Assembly (NCBI GenBank): GCA_965656575.1
Contig: CBFHLA010000002.1
Coordinates: 3,817-45,803, forward strand
Direction of reading: 5' to 3'
DNA from: Gammaproteobacteria bacterium
GTDB taxonomy: Bacteria; Pseudomonadota; Gammaproteobacteria; GCA-002705445; GCA-002716945
Length of the DNA stretch: 41,987 nucleotides
Shown in pieces: positions 25,251 through 34,995 of this stretch. The translations under genes were made by a program, and so were the position numbers. The stretch's first letter is position 1. Each line of letters opens with the position of its first letter. Below the pieces are notes generated by a model. It was not told the origin of the DNA. It saw only the letters and a program-made list of their open reading frames with translations, and did not search any database.

Positions 25251-25454
25251 TTATCTTAGTGGCGCCATGAATACATCTACAATCATGGCCTGGTTCGTAT
25301 AGACATAATTAATGTATAAAGCTAGAAAAGCTGCACCAAATATTTTTTTATTTATCAGCTTATCCAAGCGAGAGAATGTAGCAACACACTGCCCAAATGT
25401 ATAAGCAAAATATCCTACTGCAAGAAAAAACATTAGCCCAATTATCATTGCCAT
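25251..25454 (-). CDS. hypothetical small two-TM membrane protein
   Basis: 67-aa ORF with two hydrophobic helices, 36 nt downstream of the lipoprotein gene on the same strand. I recognise no family. Confidence 0.35.
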   Translation of the reverse strand: MAMIIGLMFFLAVGYFAYTFGQCVATFSRLDKLINKKIFGAAFLALYINYVYTNQAMIVDVFMAPLR

Positions 25455-25490
25455 AATTTAAGCTAACATTTAGATATAAAATTAACAAGA

Positions 25491-25922
25491 CTATTTAAGT
25501 ACAATAGAAATTTTTCTTGGTATGAGACATGTAGAATTATCAAATGCGTTTGTATATCTTACAAACATTCCAAATGGTGTTGTTGAATCAACAATTCTAT
25601 CAAACAAAATACCTGCTCCACTGCTAAGAAGTGTATTCAATTCAACTTCATCCTCAGGCTTAGGTAACAAGCCATATAATCCAGATATATTTCCTTTTTT
25701 ACATGAGATATTTATAGGTCCACAGTTAGCGTTATATATTATTTTACTAGGCGCTTCAAATGATATTCTTGTATCAGCTGAGTAAAGCTTACACTGTGAT
25801 GTAATCTTTTTTTTATTTGAATCAAATGTTTCGATATGCATTGGAAATTCGTATTTACCTGTTGCTCTTGAACTGCAGGAAGTAATGATAAGTAAAGACA
25901 GAATGATTATAGTATTTTTCAT
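25491..25922 (-). CDS. hypothetical lipoprotein
   Basis: Lipobox-type signal peptide MKNTIIILSLLIITS|C. Its start overlaps the SDR stop by 4 nt. Confidence 0.6.
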   Translation of the reverse strand: MKNTIIILSLLIITSCSSRATGKYEFPMHIETFDSNKKKITSQCKLYSADTRISFEAPSKIIYNANCGPINISCKKGNISGLYGLLPKPEDEVELNTLLSSGAGILFDRIVDSTTPFGMFVRYTNAFDNSTCLIPRKISIVLK

Positions 25923-26746
25923 TTTAAATATTTAAACAATAATTGTTCGCTATATTCCCAAAGTTGTTGGCTCATCTCATAATCATAGGATTCTTTAGAT
26001 GATGTTCTAGCTCTGCACCTATCAAAATATAAACCTGTTGCCGTATCTAAATCATCATTTGATGCTAAATGTATAGAAGTTAGTGCTCCATCGGCAGGAG
26101 TTATGCCGAATAGTTTTATTATTGAAGCTGCAAATTTATACATCAAACTATTATTATCAGCGAATTGAGTATTTACTAAACCCGGATGAAGACAATTAAA
26201 TGTTGCCTTAGTGTTTCTAAATTTCTCATCTAGCTTATATGTTAAATAAATATTTGCTAATTTGCTTCGTTTATATGCATGCCATCCATAATATTGTTTA
26301 GCATTTTGAAAATCATCACTTTTTAAAGATATATATCTATGAGCCTCCGAGCTGACGTTGATTATTTTAATAAGAGAATATTTTTTAATAAGAAGTGTAG
26401 ATAAAGTGAAATAGCTCATGTGGTTTAAAGCAAAAGTTTTTTCTAAGCCCTCATTCGTGATTTGTCTATCCATAAATATAGCGCCGACGTTATTTATCAG
26501 AATATCAATATCTTTATATTTTTGGATAATCTTATTTGAAAAATTAATATTAGATTGAATCAAAGACAAATCATATGAATAAATATCACATTCAATGTTG
26601 TATTGAGCTAAAATATTATTTCTTATTTGCTTCAACTTTTCAAAGTTTCTTGCAACTAAGATAAGATCATGCCCTTTACTAGCTAATCCTTTTGCAGTCT
26701 CGTAGCCAATTCCTGCCGATGCTCCAGTAATAATTGTATAAGGCAT
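25919..26746 (-). CDS. SDR-family oxidoreductase
   Basis: TGASAGIG cofactor motif, NNVG, and the catalytic S...YKRSK. Its start shares 1 nt with the ispA stop (TAATG). Confidence 0.8.
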   Translation of the reverse strand: MPYTIITGASAGIGYETAKGLASKGHDLILVARNFEKLKQIRNNILAQYNIECDIYSYDLSLIQSNINFSNKIIQKYKDIDILINNVGAIFMDRQITNEGLEKTFALNHMSYFTLSTLLIKKYSLIKIINVSSEAHRYISLKSDDFQNAKQYYGWHAYKRSKLANIYLTYKLDEKFRNTKATFNCLHPGLVNTQFADNNSLMYKFAASIIKLFGITPADGALTSIHLASNDDLDTATGLYFDRCRARTSSKESYDYEMSQQLWEYSEQLLFKYLK

Positions 26747-27567
26747 TATTTTACTTGATCAATAATATAATCAAAAATATCTGATAGTCTATTTTCATTA
26801 ACGAGCATTAATTTATTTAAATATTTATTTGCTTGATTTCTATATTCAAGACAATAAGTAAGAGCTTCCTCCCTTGATATATAGTTGAGAATGTTACAAG
26901 CATCATGATCTTGATCCTCATCTATTAAATCATCAATAATTTGGAATACTTTTCCCAATAATAGACCAAAGCGTTTTGCAAATTTCATTCTTTTCTTATC
27001 AAGAATAATCATGAACGGTGCTGCAGCACTGAATTCGAATAATTTTGCTGTTTTCAATTCATGAATAATCAATATATTATTTAAATTGGTTTTACTCCCT
27101 TGTGAAAGCAGGTCAATCGATTGACCCCCTGCGAGTCCACAAGAGCCTGATACATAAGACAGCTCTTTTGATAGCATAGAAGAGTACTTACTAGCCAACA
27201 ACTCAAATGACAGAGTAAGTAGGCCATTGCCAGATAAAATTGCTTGAGCTTCATTGAATTTTTTATGAGTAGAAAGCTTGCCTCTCCTATAATCGTCATT
27301 ATCCATTGATGGTAAATCATCATGTACTAATGAATAAGAATGCATTAATTCTATTGATAACATTGCATAAAGATATTCATGTTTTTTTAACCGAATACCT
27401 TTAGATATTTCTTGAAAAATAATCGGCCTAAGTCTCTTACCTCCATTATTAATGCTATACCACATGGCACGATGTATAAGGCTGTTGCTTTTATATTTAT
27501 CAAAAAATAGTTTTAAATCTTTATTAAAAATAATCTGATTATTTTTTATGTATTGTTTAATTTTCAT
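26746..27567 (-). CDS. ispA: polyprenyl diphosphate synthase (farnesyl diphosphate synthase-like)
   Basis: First Asp-rich motif LVHDDLPSMDNDDYRRG and second Asp-rich motif QIIDDLID. 273 aa. Confidence 0.8.
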   Translation of the reverse strand: MKIKQYIKNNQIIFNKDLKLFFDKYKSNSLIHRAMWYSINNGGKRLRPIIFQEISKGIRLKKHEYLYAMLSIELMHSYSLVHDDLPSMDNDDYRRGKLSTHKKFNEAQAILSGNGLLTLSFELLASKYSSMLSKELSYVSGSCGLAGGQSIDLLSQGSKTNLNNILIIHELKTAKLFEFSAAAPFMIILDKKRMKFAKRFGLLLGKVFQIIDDLIDEDQDHDACNILNYISREEALTYCLEYRNQANKYLNKLMLVNENRLSDIFDYIIDQVK

Positions 27568-27601
27568 TAATCAGTTTATTATGACAGAAAGAAATATATT
27601 T

Positions 27602-28255
27602 ATGAAAAATAAAAAGATTTTATATTTAATAATAGTTACAAGTATTATAGGTTTTTTTTCATTTAATCTAGATTTAATAGAAGGCTATGTGATAGAAAAT
27701 ATAAATTTTTTAATAGCATATTACTCTGAAGATACTTATTTGTTTTTATTAATTTATTTTTTTGTTTATGTATTCCTTACAGCATTTTCTATACCTGTTG
27801 CTCTGATTCTTGGCTTATGTGCAGGATTTATAATGGAAATATATCAAGCAATAATTTTGGTTTCATTTGCATCGTCTATAGGTGCAACTCTCGCTATGCT
27901 GTTAGCGCGATATTTTTTTTATAATTTTATAAACAATAAATTTCAAAAAGAAACTATCATAATTAAAAATGAACTTGATGATAATGGAAACTATTATCTA
28001 TTTGGATTAAGAATGGCTCCTATTTTTCCTTTTTTTATAATTAATGCTGCATTTGGATTAACGAAAATAAAAATATCATCATTTTATGTAATTAGCCAAA
28101 TTGGAATGCTGCCTGGAACTGTATTAATAATCATTATAGGAGATGAATTAAGCGAATTAGCTATATCGAATAATTATATGAGTCTAGATTTATTAATTTA
28201 TCTCAGTTTGTTAGGATTCCTGCCCTTAACTTACAAAAAATTATTTTATAAATAG
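27602..28255 (+). CDS. TVP38/TMEM64 (DedA-related) family membrane protein
   Basis: Polytopic membrane protein (...LRMAPIFPFFIINAAFGLTKI...). I prefer the ATG at 27602 (MKNKKILYL...) or 27581, because the track start at 27548 overlaps the divergent ispA start. Confidence 0.6.
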   Translation: MKNKKILYLIIVTSIIGFFSFNLDLIEGYVIENINFLIAYYSEDTYLFLLIYFFVYVFLTAFSIPVALILGLCAGFIMEIYQAIILVSFASSIGATLAMLLARYFFYNFINNKFQKETIIIKNELDDNGNYYLFGLRMAPIFPFFIINAAFGLTKIKISSFYVISQIGMLPGTVLIIIIGDELSELAISNNYMSLDLLIYLSLLGFLPLTYKKLFYK

Positions 28256-28298
28256 CTAGAATCTTTCTATCTATATTTTCATTTCTCATGTGCAATAT

Positions 28299-29165
28299 TT
28301 AATTTAATAAAGATAAGAGGTATTTACCATAATCGCTTTTTTTAAGTTTTTCAGCAAGAGATTCAAGATCCTCAGCAGATATAAATCCTTTGTTAAATGC
28401 AATTTCCTCTAGGCAGGCAATCTTTTGCCCATTTCTTTTTTCAATAGTATAAACAAAATTACTAGCATCTATGTATGATTGATTAGTGCCTGCATCCATC
28501 CATGTAAAATCTCTCCCAAGGATTTCGCTGTACAAATTGCCTGATTTCATATACTCAATATTTACATCGGTAATTTCTAGTTCACCTCTGTCAGATGGCT
28601 TAATAGTCTTTGCTATGTATGATGAATTGGAGTCATAAAAATATAATCCTGTAACAGCTAGATTTGATGATGGGTTTTTGGGTTTTTCCTCTAAGCTAAT
28701 TACTTTTCTTTTGCTATCAAGTGAGCACACTCCAAATCTTTCGGGGTCCGGAACTTCATATGAAAATAATGTATTAGTATTAGATAAGTTAGCATTTATT
28801 AATTTTTCAGAAAATCCACTTCCATAAAAAATATTATCGGCAAGCATGAGGGCGCAAGGATTGTTATTGAGAAATTTTTCTCCTATAGTCAGTGCCTGAG
28901 CTATTCCCTCTGGCTTTGGTTGTGTTTCAAATGAAAAGTTTATCCCCCACTGACTTCCATCATCTAAAAGTCTTTGAAATATATCACTATCTTTAGGTGT
29001 TGATATAATCAATATATCTTTTATACCTGACAACATTAAAGTGCTTATAGAATAATAAATCATTGGTTTGTCGTACACTGGTAGCATGCACTTAGTTGTT
29101 GCTAAAGTTAATGGGTATAATCTAGTCCCACTGCCGCCAGCAAGTATGATTCCTTTTCTATTCAT
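28299..29165 (-). CDS. rfbA: glucose-1-phosphate thymidylyltransferase
   Basis: 288 aa with KGIILAGGSGTRLYPLT, the sugar-binding core, and an EKP..P.SNLAVTGLYFYD block. Confidence 0.9.
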   Translation of the reverse strand: MNRKGIILAGGSGTRLYPLTLATTKCMLPVYDKPMIYYSISTLMLSGIKDILIISTPKDSDIFQRLLDDGSQWGINFSFETQPKPEGIAQALTIGEKFLNNNPCALMLADNIFYGSGFSEKLINANLSNTNTLFSYEVPDPERFGVCSLDSKRKVISLEEKPKNPSSNLAVTGLYFYDSNSSYIAKTIKPSDRGELEITDVNIEYMKSGNLYSEILGRDFTWMDAGTNQSYIDASNFVYTIEKRNGQKIACLEEIAFNKGFISAEDLESLAEKLKKSDYGKYLLSLLN

Positions 29166-29368
29166 TCCAAGTTTTCGATGCTATTACACGATTTGAGCAT
29201 GGCTAATACAAAGTTGGATGATATGAAATTGTACGGTCATTAATTAAAATTTTATTCATATGTTACGTAAGTTATATATTGTTCCTCATGCTAGCATATT
29301 TATTATTTTGATAAGATAAATTTGTAAAAGAAATTATTGTTAATTATCATGTTTGGAAGTGTATGAAT

Positions 29369-29441
29369 TGCCGGAAAGTGGGATCGAACCACTGGCCTTC
29401 GCGTTACGAATGCGATGCTCTGCCAACTGAGCTATTCCGGC
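29369..29441 (-). tRNA. tRNA-Thr (anticodon CGU)
   Basis: The reverse complement reads GCCGGAATAGCTCAGTTGGCAGAGCATCGCATTCGTAACGCGAAGGCCAGTGGTTCGATCCCACTTTCCGGCA. It folds as a cloverleaf with a 7-bp acceptor stem, a GCTC/GAGC D-stem, anticodon loop TTCGTAA and a GGTTCGATCC T-arm. CCA is not encoded. There is one A-C mismatch at 31-39. Confidence 0.9.
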
Positions 29442-29489
29442 TTAAAACTATCTTAAGATAACTGATTATAATATGATAAGGAGTTAAGT

Positions 29490-29690
29490 ATGAAAATTTT
29501 ATTGAATAATAAAAGTACTTTACTAGATGATGGATTAACCATTAAAAGATTACTAGATAAAATTGATATACGACATAAATACTTTGCGGTTGAGGTAAAT
29601 GAACAAATTATACCAAAATCTAATCATGAATCGTTCCTTATAGAAGACGGTGATAAAATAGAAATTGTCACAGCTATTGGTGGCGGATAA
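29490..29690 (+). CDS. thiS: sulfur carrier protein ThiS
   Basis: 66 aa, ubiquitin-like, with a C-terminal ...AIGGG. Its stop overlaps the thiG ATG. Confidence 0.9.
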   Translation: MKILLNNKSTLLDDGLTIKRLLDKIDIRHKYFAVEVNEQIIPKSNHESFLIEDGDKIEIVTAIGGG

Positions 29691-30472
29691 TGAAAAAACT
29701 TATTGTAGACAATAAAGAATACAAATCTCGTTTGATACTTGGGACAGGAAAGTATAAAGATTTTAACGAGACAAAAGCCGCCATAAAGTCTAGTACATGT
29801 GAAATAGTAACAATAGCAATTAGAAGAATGAATATTGGCCAAGATAAAAATTCTCAAAACCTTCTTGATTTTATTTCACCAGAAGAATATACAATTCTGC
29901 CAAATACTGCTGGCTGTTACGCTGCGAAAGATGCTGTGCGCACATGTGAAATTGCAAGTGAGTTGCTAGAGGGAAGAAAATTAGTAAAACTAGAGGTGTT
30001 AAGCCAAAATAAAAATCTCTATCCTAATATCATTGAAACACTGAAAGCTTCAGAGATACTTGTAAATAAAGGTTTTAAGGTTATGGTTTACACCACTGAT
30101 GATCCAATAGTTGCAAAAGAGCTAGAAAATATAGGCTGTGAATGTATCATGCCGCTTGGTTCTGCCATTGGCTCTGGTCTTGGCATAATAAATGAATTTA
30201 ATATCAGAGAAATAGTTGAAAATGCAAATGTGCCAATAATAGTTGATGCAGGTGTTGGAACAGCCAGTGATGCTTGCATAGCAATGGAACTTGGTTGTGA
30301 TGGTGTTTTGATGAATACTGCAATAGCACTTGCAGAAGATCCTATTCTAATGGCCAGTGCAATGAAAAATGCGATTAAAGCAGGAAGAGATGCATACCTT
30401 GCAGGTAGAATGGAAAAAAAACAGTATGCAAGTGCGTCATCACCAACTAAGGGTTTAATCACTAATGATTAG
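29690..30472 (+). CDS. thiG: thiazole synthase
   Basis: 260 aa with [24 protein letters not shown] and [11 protein letters not shown]. Confidence 0.95.
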   Translation: MKKLIVDNKEYKSRLILGTGKYKDFNETKAAIKSSTCEIVTIAIRRMNIGQDKNSQNLLDFISPEEYTILPNTAGCYAAKDAVRTCEIASELLEGRKLVKLEVLSQNKNLYPNIIETLKASEILVNKGFKVMVYTTDDPIVAKELENIGCECIMPLGSAIGSGLGIINEFNIREIVENANVPIIVDAGVGTASDACIAMELGCDGVLMNTAIALAEDPILMASAMKNAIKAGRDAYLAGRMEKKQYASASSPTKGLITND

Positions 30473-31049
30473 ACCGGTATTTTACAAATCATTTAGATCA
30501 AGAAATTTTAATCAGTTAAAAGAATCAGAAAAATCATTAGATTTAACTAATCTACCCTCAAAAAATCTTATTATAGATATTGGTTTTGGAACTGGTGAAT
30601 CGACCATTGCGCTTAGCAGTACGTTCATCAATCATATTGTTTGTGGGATTGAATGTTATAAGCCAGGTGTAAAAAAACTCATGGATAATAATATTCATGT
30701 TAAGTATGGCGATGCTCTGGAAATACTAGAAAAAATAAAACCGAACTCCGTTTCAAAGATATATATGTTGTTCCCAGATCCTTGGCAAAAAATTAAGCAT
30801 AGAAAAAGAAGATTATTAAATGAATATTCATTTTCAATTATCAATAAAATCCTTATCAGTGATGGTCTTTTTCATTTTGCTACAGACAACATCAACTATG
30901 CTTTTCAAGCAAGACGAATAATAAATAATCAATCATCAAGCAATATAAAATTCTCTGGCAATAGAGGTCTGAGACCTATCACTAAATATGAAGTTAAAGC
31001 AAAGATGAAAAAGAACTTTGTTTTTGATTTAATCTATATCAAGAAGTAG
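30465..31049 (+). CDS. trmB: tRNA (guanine-N7)-methyltransferase
   Basis: 194 aa with DIGFGTGES (SAM motif) and [14 protein letters not shown]. It follows thiSG, as in other gammaproteobacteria. Confidence 0.85.
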   Translation: MIRPVFYKSFRSRNFNQLKESEKSLDLTNLPSKNLIIDIGFGTGESTIALSSTFINHIVCGIECYKPGVKKLMDNNIHVKYGDALEILEKIKPNSVSKIYMLFPDPWQKIKHRKRRLLNEYSFSIINKILISDGLFHFATDNINYAFQARRIINNQSSSNIKFSGNRGLRPITKYEVKAKMKKNFVFDLIYIKK

Positions 31050-32289
31050 CTGGCTTTTTTTCTATAATCAGAGATAGCAAAAAACCAAAAATTATACCCG
31101 TCCATATATGAGTGTTGATGCCAGAAAATATTTCTATAGATAATATTGGAAATATTAGTGTACTTAGAAATGTTGCCCAACAAACAATTCCTTTGTTTTT
31201 ATCACTGTCTAAAAGTTCTCTCATTTTTTTAACTTTTATTAATGGTACAACTGCAAATATTACAATAATTCCTAACGTTGCTTTAGGAAGGTCAAATAAT
31301 AGCGGCGTAGCATATAATAGTGTCAGCATTACGATTAAAGTGGTTGTAATAGAAGATATTGGGCTATAAGAACCAACAGACTCGTTAACTGCAGATCTAG
31401 AAAATGATCCTGAGACTGGATATGCTCCAGATATACTAGATGCTATATTGCCTAATCCTTGTCCAAATAATTCTTGGTTTGAGTTCACCGGAGTGGGATA
31501 TTTATATAGTTCAACTCCTTTTGCGTTCTTAACAGCTTCTTTTTGCTCAAGTTGGCGCGCTATAGCAATCGCCTCCATGAACCCAACAAAACTTATGATT
31601 ACTGTATGTATGGCAAACATAAAAATAAGATTAGGGTTAAAATCAAATCCTTGAAATGAAAAACTTGGTAAACCATCAGGAATGCTTCCAACGATAGGTC
31701 CATTGTAATTATAGTTTTTTGACAACAGTATAGTAACAACTACTGCTGTGAGCACAGCGATATTACCCAAAAATTGGTATCTTGTAAGTTTGTTTTTAAA
31801 TATATATAAAATTGTCAGTGCTACAAATGACATAGAAACTGCATATAAATTAATTGGGGTACTATCTAGAAAATCACTTATAGCAAATAAATCAGAAAGA
31901 GTTACCTTACTTAAACCAAAGACCTTGCTTAATTGAGAACCTGCTATGATTAACGCAGCTGCCGAAGTAAACCCTAAAATCACATGTTCTTTTAATACTA
32001 CATCAATTAATTTTCCGGCTTTAGCCAAAGAAAGCGTAAGTTGAAATATTCCTACACTAAGCGCTAACATAATTGCGATAGGCACGTAAAGACTGCTATC
32101 TCCTAAAGATAATGATGTTACAGCTACAGCTGTAAGTAAGCTAACCATTGCTACGGGTCCTGTAGCAAGATATCTTGATGAACCAAAAAAGGCAGCAATA
32201 GCTACTGGTATAAAGGATGCGTAAAGACCATAGACTGGATCTAGATTTGCAAGTGTGGCATAAGCCATAGATTGTGGAATTATTATCAT
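31039..32289 (-). CDS. SulP-family anion transporter, no STAS domain; 5' end unresolved (the coding frame continues to about 32415)
   Basis: IPQSMAYATLANLDPVYGLYASF and the rest of the SulP membrane core are present. The coordinates follow the first ATG, but the conserved SulP N-terminal block (...KKDYLTRDIIAGTTIA) lies in frame upstream without a canonical start. Confidence 0.75.
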   Translation of the reverse strand: MIIIPQSMAYATLANLDPVYGLYASFIPVAIAAFFGSSRYLATGPVAMVSLLTAVAVTSLSLGDSSLYVPIAIMLALSVGIFQLTLSLAKAGKLIDVVLKEHVILGFTSAAALIIAGSQLSKVFGLSKVTLSDLFAISDFLDSTPINLYAVSMSFVALTILYIFKNKLTRYQFLGNIAVLTAVVVTILLSKNYNYNGPIVGSIPDGLPSFSFQGFDFNPNLIFMFAIHTVIISFVGFMEAIAIARQLEQKEAVKNAKGVELYKYPTPVNSNQELFGQGLGNIASSISGAYPVSGSFSRSAVNESVGSYSPISSITTTLIVMLTLLYATPLLFDLPKATLGIIVIFAVVPLIKVKKMRELLDSDKNKGIVCWATFLSTLIFPILSIEIFSGINTHIWTGIIFGFLLSLIIEKKPATS

Positions 32290-32514
32290 AGCTATAGTAG
32301 TACCGGCTATAATATCTCGAGTTAAATAATCTTTTTTAGATATGGCATCAGGCAGCCAAGATGTAAAATTTAGAAATAAAGATTGAATGTATAGTAAGTA
32401 GTTAATTTTTAAGCCTCATGACTATCATGGATTGTGAGTATAGTATAAACATAACAGATTATTTACAAGAGCATTTAACTAGTATATTAATCATTTTATG
32501 TAAATATAATCTAT

Positions 32515-33948
32515 ATGATGAATATAACACCTGTAATACTATGTGGAGGGAGCGGTACTAGATTGTGGCCTCTGTCTAGAGCTGATTATCCTAAACAATT
32601 CATTAAACTTGAAGATAATGTCACGTTATTTCAAAAAACCATTAATAGAATTAAATTGCTTGCAGAAAAAAATAACAGTATTAAACAAATTATAATCCTA
32701 ACTAATGAGTCCCATCGGTTTCTTATAATAGAGCAGTTAAAGAATATAAAAATAAATGTAAAAATACAGATTATATTAGAACCATGTTCGCTTAATACTG
32801 CACCTGCTCTTACATTAGCAGCAAATGCATCGCCTGATTCAACGTTAATGGTTTTTCCATCTGATCAACACATAGAAAATGACAAGATTTTTGTTGATTG
32901 TATGCAAGATTCAATAAATGAAATTAAAGATAAGTCGATTTTTGTCTTTGGAGTTAAACCTAAATCAGCTGAAGATTCATATGGCTATATTTTATATAAA
33001 GGAAGTAAAAAAATAAAATCAGTAACAGAGTTTATAGAAAAGCCAAAAGTAGAAGTTATAAAAAAAATCCTAATAAATAAAAAATGTCTCTGGAATATGG
33101 GAATTTTTGTTTTAAATGCTAAAACATGGCTGAATGCTATTCGCATCACGAACAAATCAATATATGAAAATGTAACTAAATCTTGGAAGAAAAATAGCAT
33201 TGATAATTTATTTATACGTCCATCTAATTCAGACTATTCAAAAGCTACATCGAAGTCTATTGATTATGCAGTAATTGAGAAAGCCATATCATTAGGCATT
33301 GAATTAAAAGCTATGGAAATAAAAACTAATTGGTCTGATATAGGTCAGCATAAAGCCTTAGAAAGGTTATTCGAAAAGACTAAAAAAAATAATATTTTTT
33401 TAGGTGATGTTATTGAGGAAGGTACAAAAAATACAACAGTCTTTGGCTCAAACAGGCATGTATCATTACTCGGTGTTGAAAATCTAATCGTAATTGATAC
33501 AAAAGATTCATTACTAGTTGTTAATAAAGAATCTTCATCATCAATGAGGGAGCTAATAAAAAAAATAAATAAAAAACGCAAAGAATTACTACTTGAACAA
33601 TCAGTTGTTCATAGGCCATGGGGGACTTATGAAACAATCCTTCAAGACAAAAGCTGCAAGATCAAGAAAATTATTGTTAATCCGAACTCACAGTTATCTT
33701 ATCAATCTCACAAATATAGAAGTGAGCATTGGATTGTACTAAAGGGCGTTGCAACTATATTAAAAGAAGGGAAAGAATTCAAGCTATGTGCAGATGAGTC
33801 AACATTTATTAGTTCCGGGCAAAAACATATGTTAATGAATAATCAAAAACAGACATTAGAAATCATTGAAGTACAAACGGGGAAAAAGTTGTCAGAAAAA
33901 GATATTATAAGATATCAAGATATTTATGGTAGATTAAAAAGAAGATAA
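32515..33948 (+). CDS. manC: mannose-1-phosphate guanylyltransferase / mannose-6-phosphate isomerase
   Basis: 477 aa with an N-terminal PVILCGGSGTRLWPLSR and a C-terminal cupin domain (HRPWGTYE, SYQSHKYRSEHWIV). Confidence 0.9.
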   Translation: MMNITPVILCGGSGTRLWPLSRADYPKQFIKLEDNVTLFQKTINRIKLLAEKNNSIKQIIILTNESHRFLIIEQLKNIKINVKIQIILEPCSLNTAPALTLAANASPDSTLMVFPSDQHIENDKIFVDCMQDSINEIKDKSIFVFGVKPKSAEDSYGYILYKGSKKIKSVTEFIEKPKVEVIKKILINKKCLWNMGIFVLNAKTWLNAIRITNKSIYENVTKSWKKNSIDNLFIRPSNSDYSKATSKSIDYAVIEKAISLGIELKAMEIKTNWSDIGQHKALERLFEKTKKNNIFLGDVIEEGTKNTTVFGSNRHVSLLGVENLIVIDTKDSLLVVNKESSSSMRELIKKINKKRKELLLEQSVVHRPWGTYETILQDKSCKIKKIIVNPNSQLSYQSHKYRSEHWIVLKGVATILKEGKEFKLCADESTFISSGQKHMLMNNQKQTLEIIEVQTGKKLSEKDIIRYQDIYGRLKRR

Positions 33949-33951
33949 AAA

Positions 33952-34980
33952 ATGAAATATAGAAAACTTGCTAATACTAATTTAGATGTAAGTGTAATTT
34001 GTCTTGGCACTATGACTTATGGTGAGCAAAATACTGAATCTGAAGCACATGAGCAATTAGATTATTCTATTGCGAATGGCATAAACCTAATTGATACCGC
34101 AGAAATGTATGCCATTCCACCCAAAGAAGAAACTCAAGGTTTGACGGAAAAAATTATTGGAACATGGTTGGCTAAAAGAAAAGACAGAGAAAAGATTTAT
34201 GTTGCTACAAAAGTTGCAGGCCCTGGTATGGAATACTTAAGAGGAGGTTCACGCCTTGATAAAAAACAGATTTTCCAAGCTGTGGATGATTCACTTAAAA
34301 GATTACAAACGGATTACATAGATCTATATCAAGTGCATTGGCCAGAAAGAAAATCAAACTATTTTGGCAGATTGGGATATGAATATTCAGATGAAATGGG
34401 CGTGTCAATAGAGGAAACATTAGAGGCTATGACTGACCTGGTTAAATCAGGAAGAGTTCGCTACATTGGAATTTCTAATGAAACACCATGGGGAACAAGT
34501 AGATACCTAAATATTGCAAAAGAAAAATCTATGGAAAGAATTGTAACCATACAAAATCCATATTCGCTACTAAATAGGATATATGAAGTTGGTTTAGCTG
34601 AAATCTCTCAACATGAAAAAGTAGGTCTACTCGCATATTCACCTCTTGGATTTGGTCAACTCACAGGCAAGTATATTAATAAAACAGAGAAAAATTCAAG
34701 ACTCGGATTATTTGGTGATTGGTTTACTCGCTATAGTAATGAAGAGTGTTTAATAGCTGTTGAAAAATACTTAAAGATAGCTGATAAATACAATTTATCA
34801 TTAACTCATCTAGCATTGGCATTTGTAAATACTAGACCTTTTGTAACATCAAACATTATTGGCGCTACAACTATGGAACAACTCAAAGAAAATATAGATT
34901 CCATAAATATAGAGATTACAGAAACTATGCTAGAGGATATTAATCAAGTTCATTCCTCTCAACCAAACCCAGCTCCATAG
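33952..34980 (+). CDS. aldo/keto reductase (Tas-like NADP(H)-dependent oxidoreductase)
   Basis: 342 aa with LGTMTYG, IDTAEMY, DLYQVHWP and IGISNETPWG. Confidence 0.8.
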   Translation: MKYRKLANTNLDVSVICLGTMTYGEQNTESEAHEQLDYSIANGINLIDTAEMYAIPPKEETQGLTEKIIGTWLAKRKDREKIYVATKVAGPGMEYLRGGSRLDKKQIFQAVDDSLKRLQTDYIDLYQVHWPERKSNYFGRLGYEYSDEMGVSIEETLEAMTDLVKSGRVRYIGISNETPWGTSRYLNIAKEKSMERIVTIQNPYSLLNRIYEVGLAEISQHEKVGLLAYSPLGFGQLTGKYINKTEKNSRLGLFGDWFTRYSNEECLIAVEKYLKIADKYNLSLTHLALAFVNTRPFVTSNIIGATTMEQLKENIDSINIEITETMLEDINQVHSSQPNPAP

Positions 34981-34995
34981 GATGTTAAAATAATA

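Noticed and set aside
29166-29368. About 200 nt of ORF-free spacer next to tRNA-Thr, considered as an integration hotspot, sRNA locus or mobile-element scar
   Set aside because: There is no integrase, no direct repeat of the tRNA 3' end, and no convincing structured RNA. I saw only short palindromes (atgctagcat at 29288-29297, ttacgtaa). It most likely holds the rfbA and tRNA promoters.
29442-29489. Possible TPP riboswitch upstream of thiS-thiG
   Set aside because: Only 48 nt separate the divergent tRNA-Thr from the thiS ATG. That is too short, and the conserved CUGAGA / ACCUGAUCUGGAUAAUGCCAGCG elements are absent.
30088-30462. 124-aa minus-strand ORF antisense to thiG
   Set aside because: It is embedded in a highly conserved thiG frame, and its Ala/Ser/Ile-rich product has no motifs. 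It is most likely a shadow ORF.
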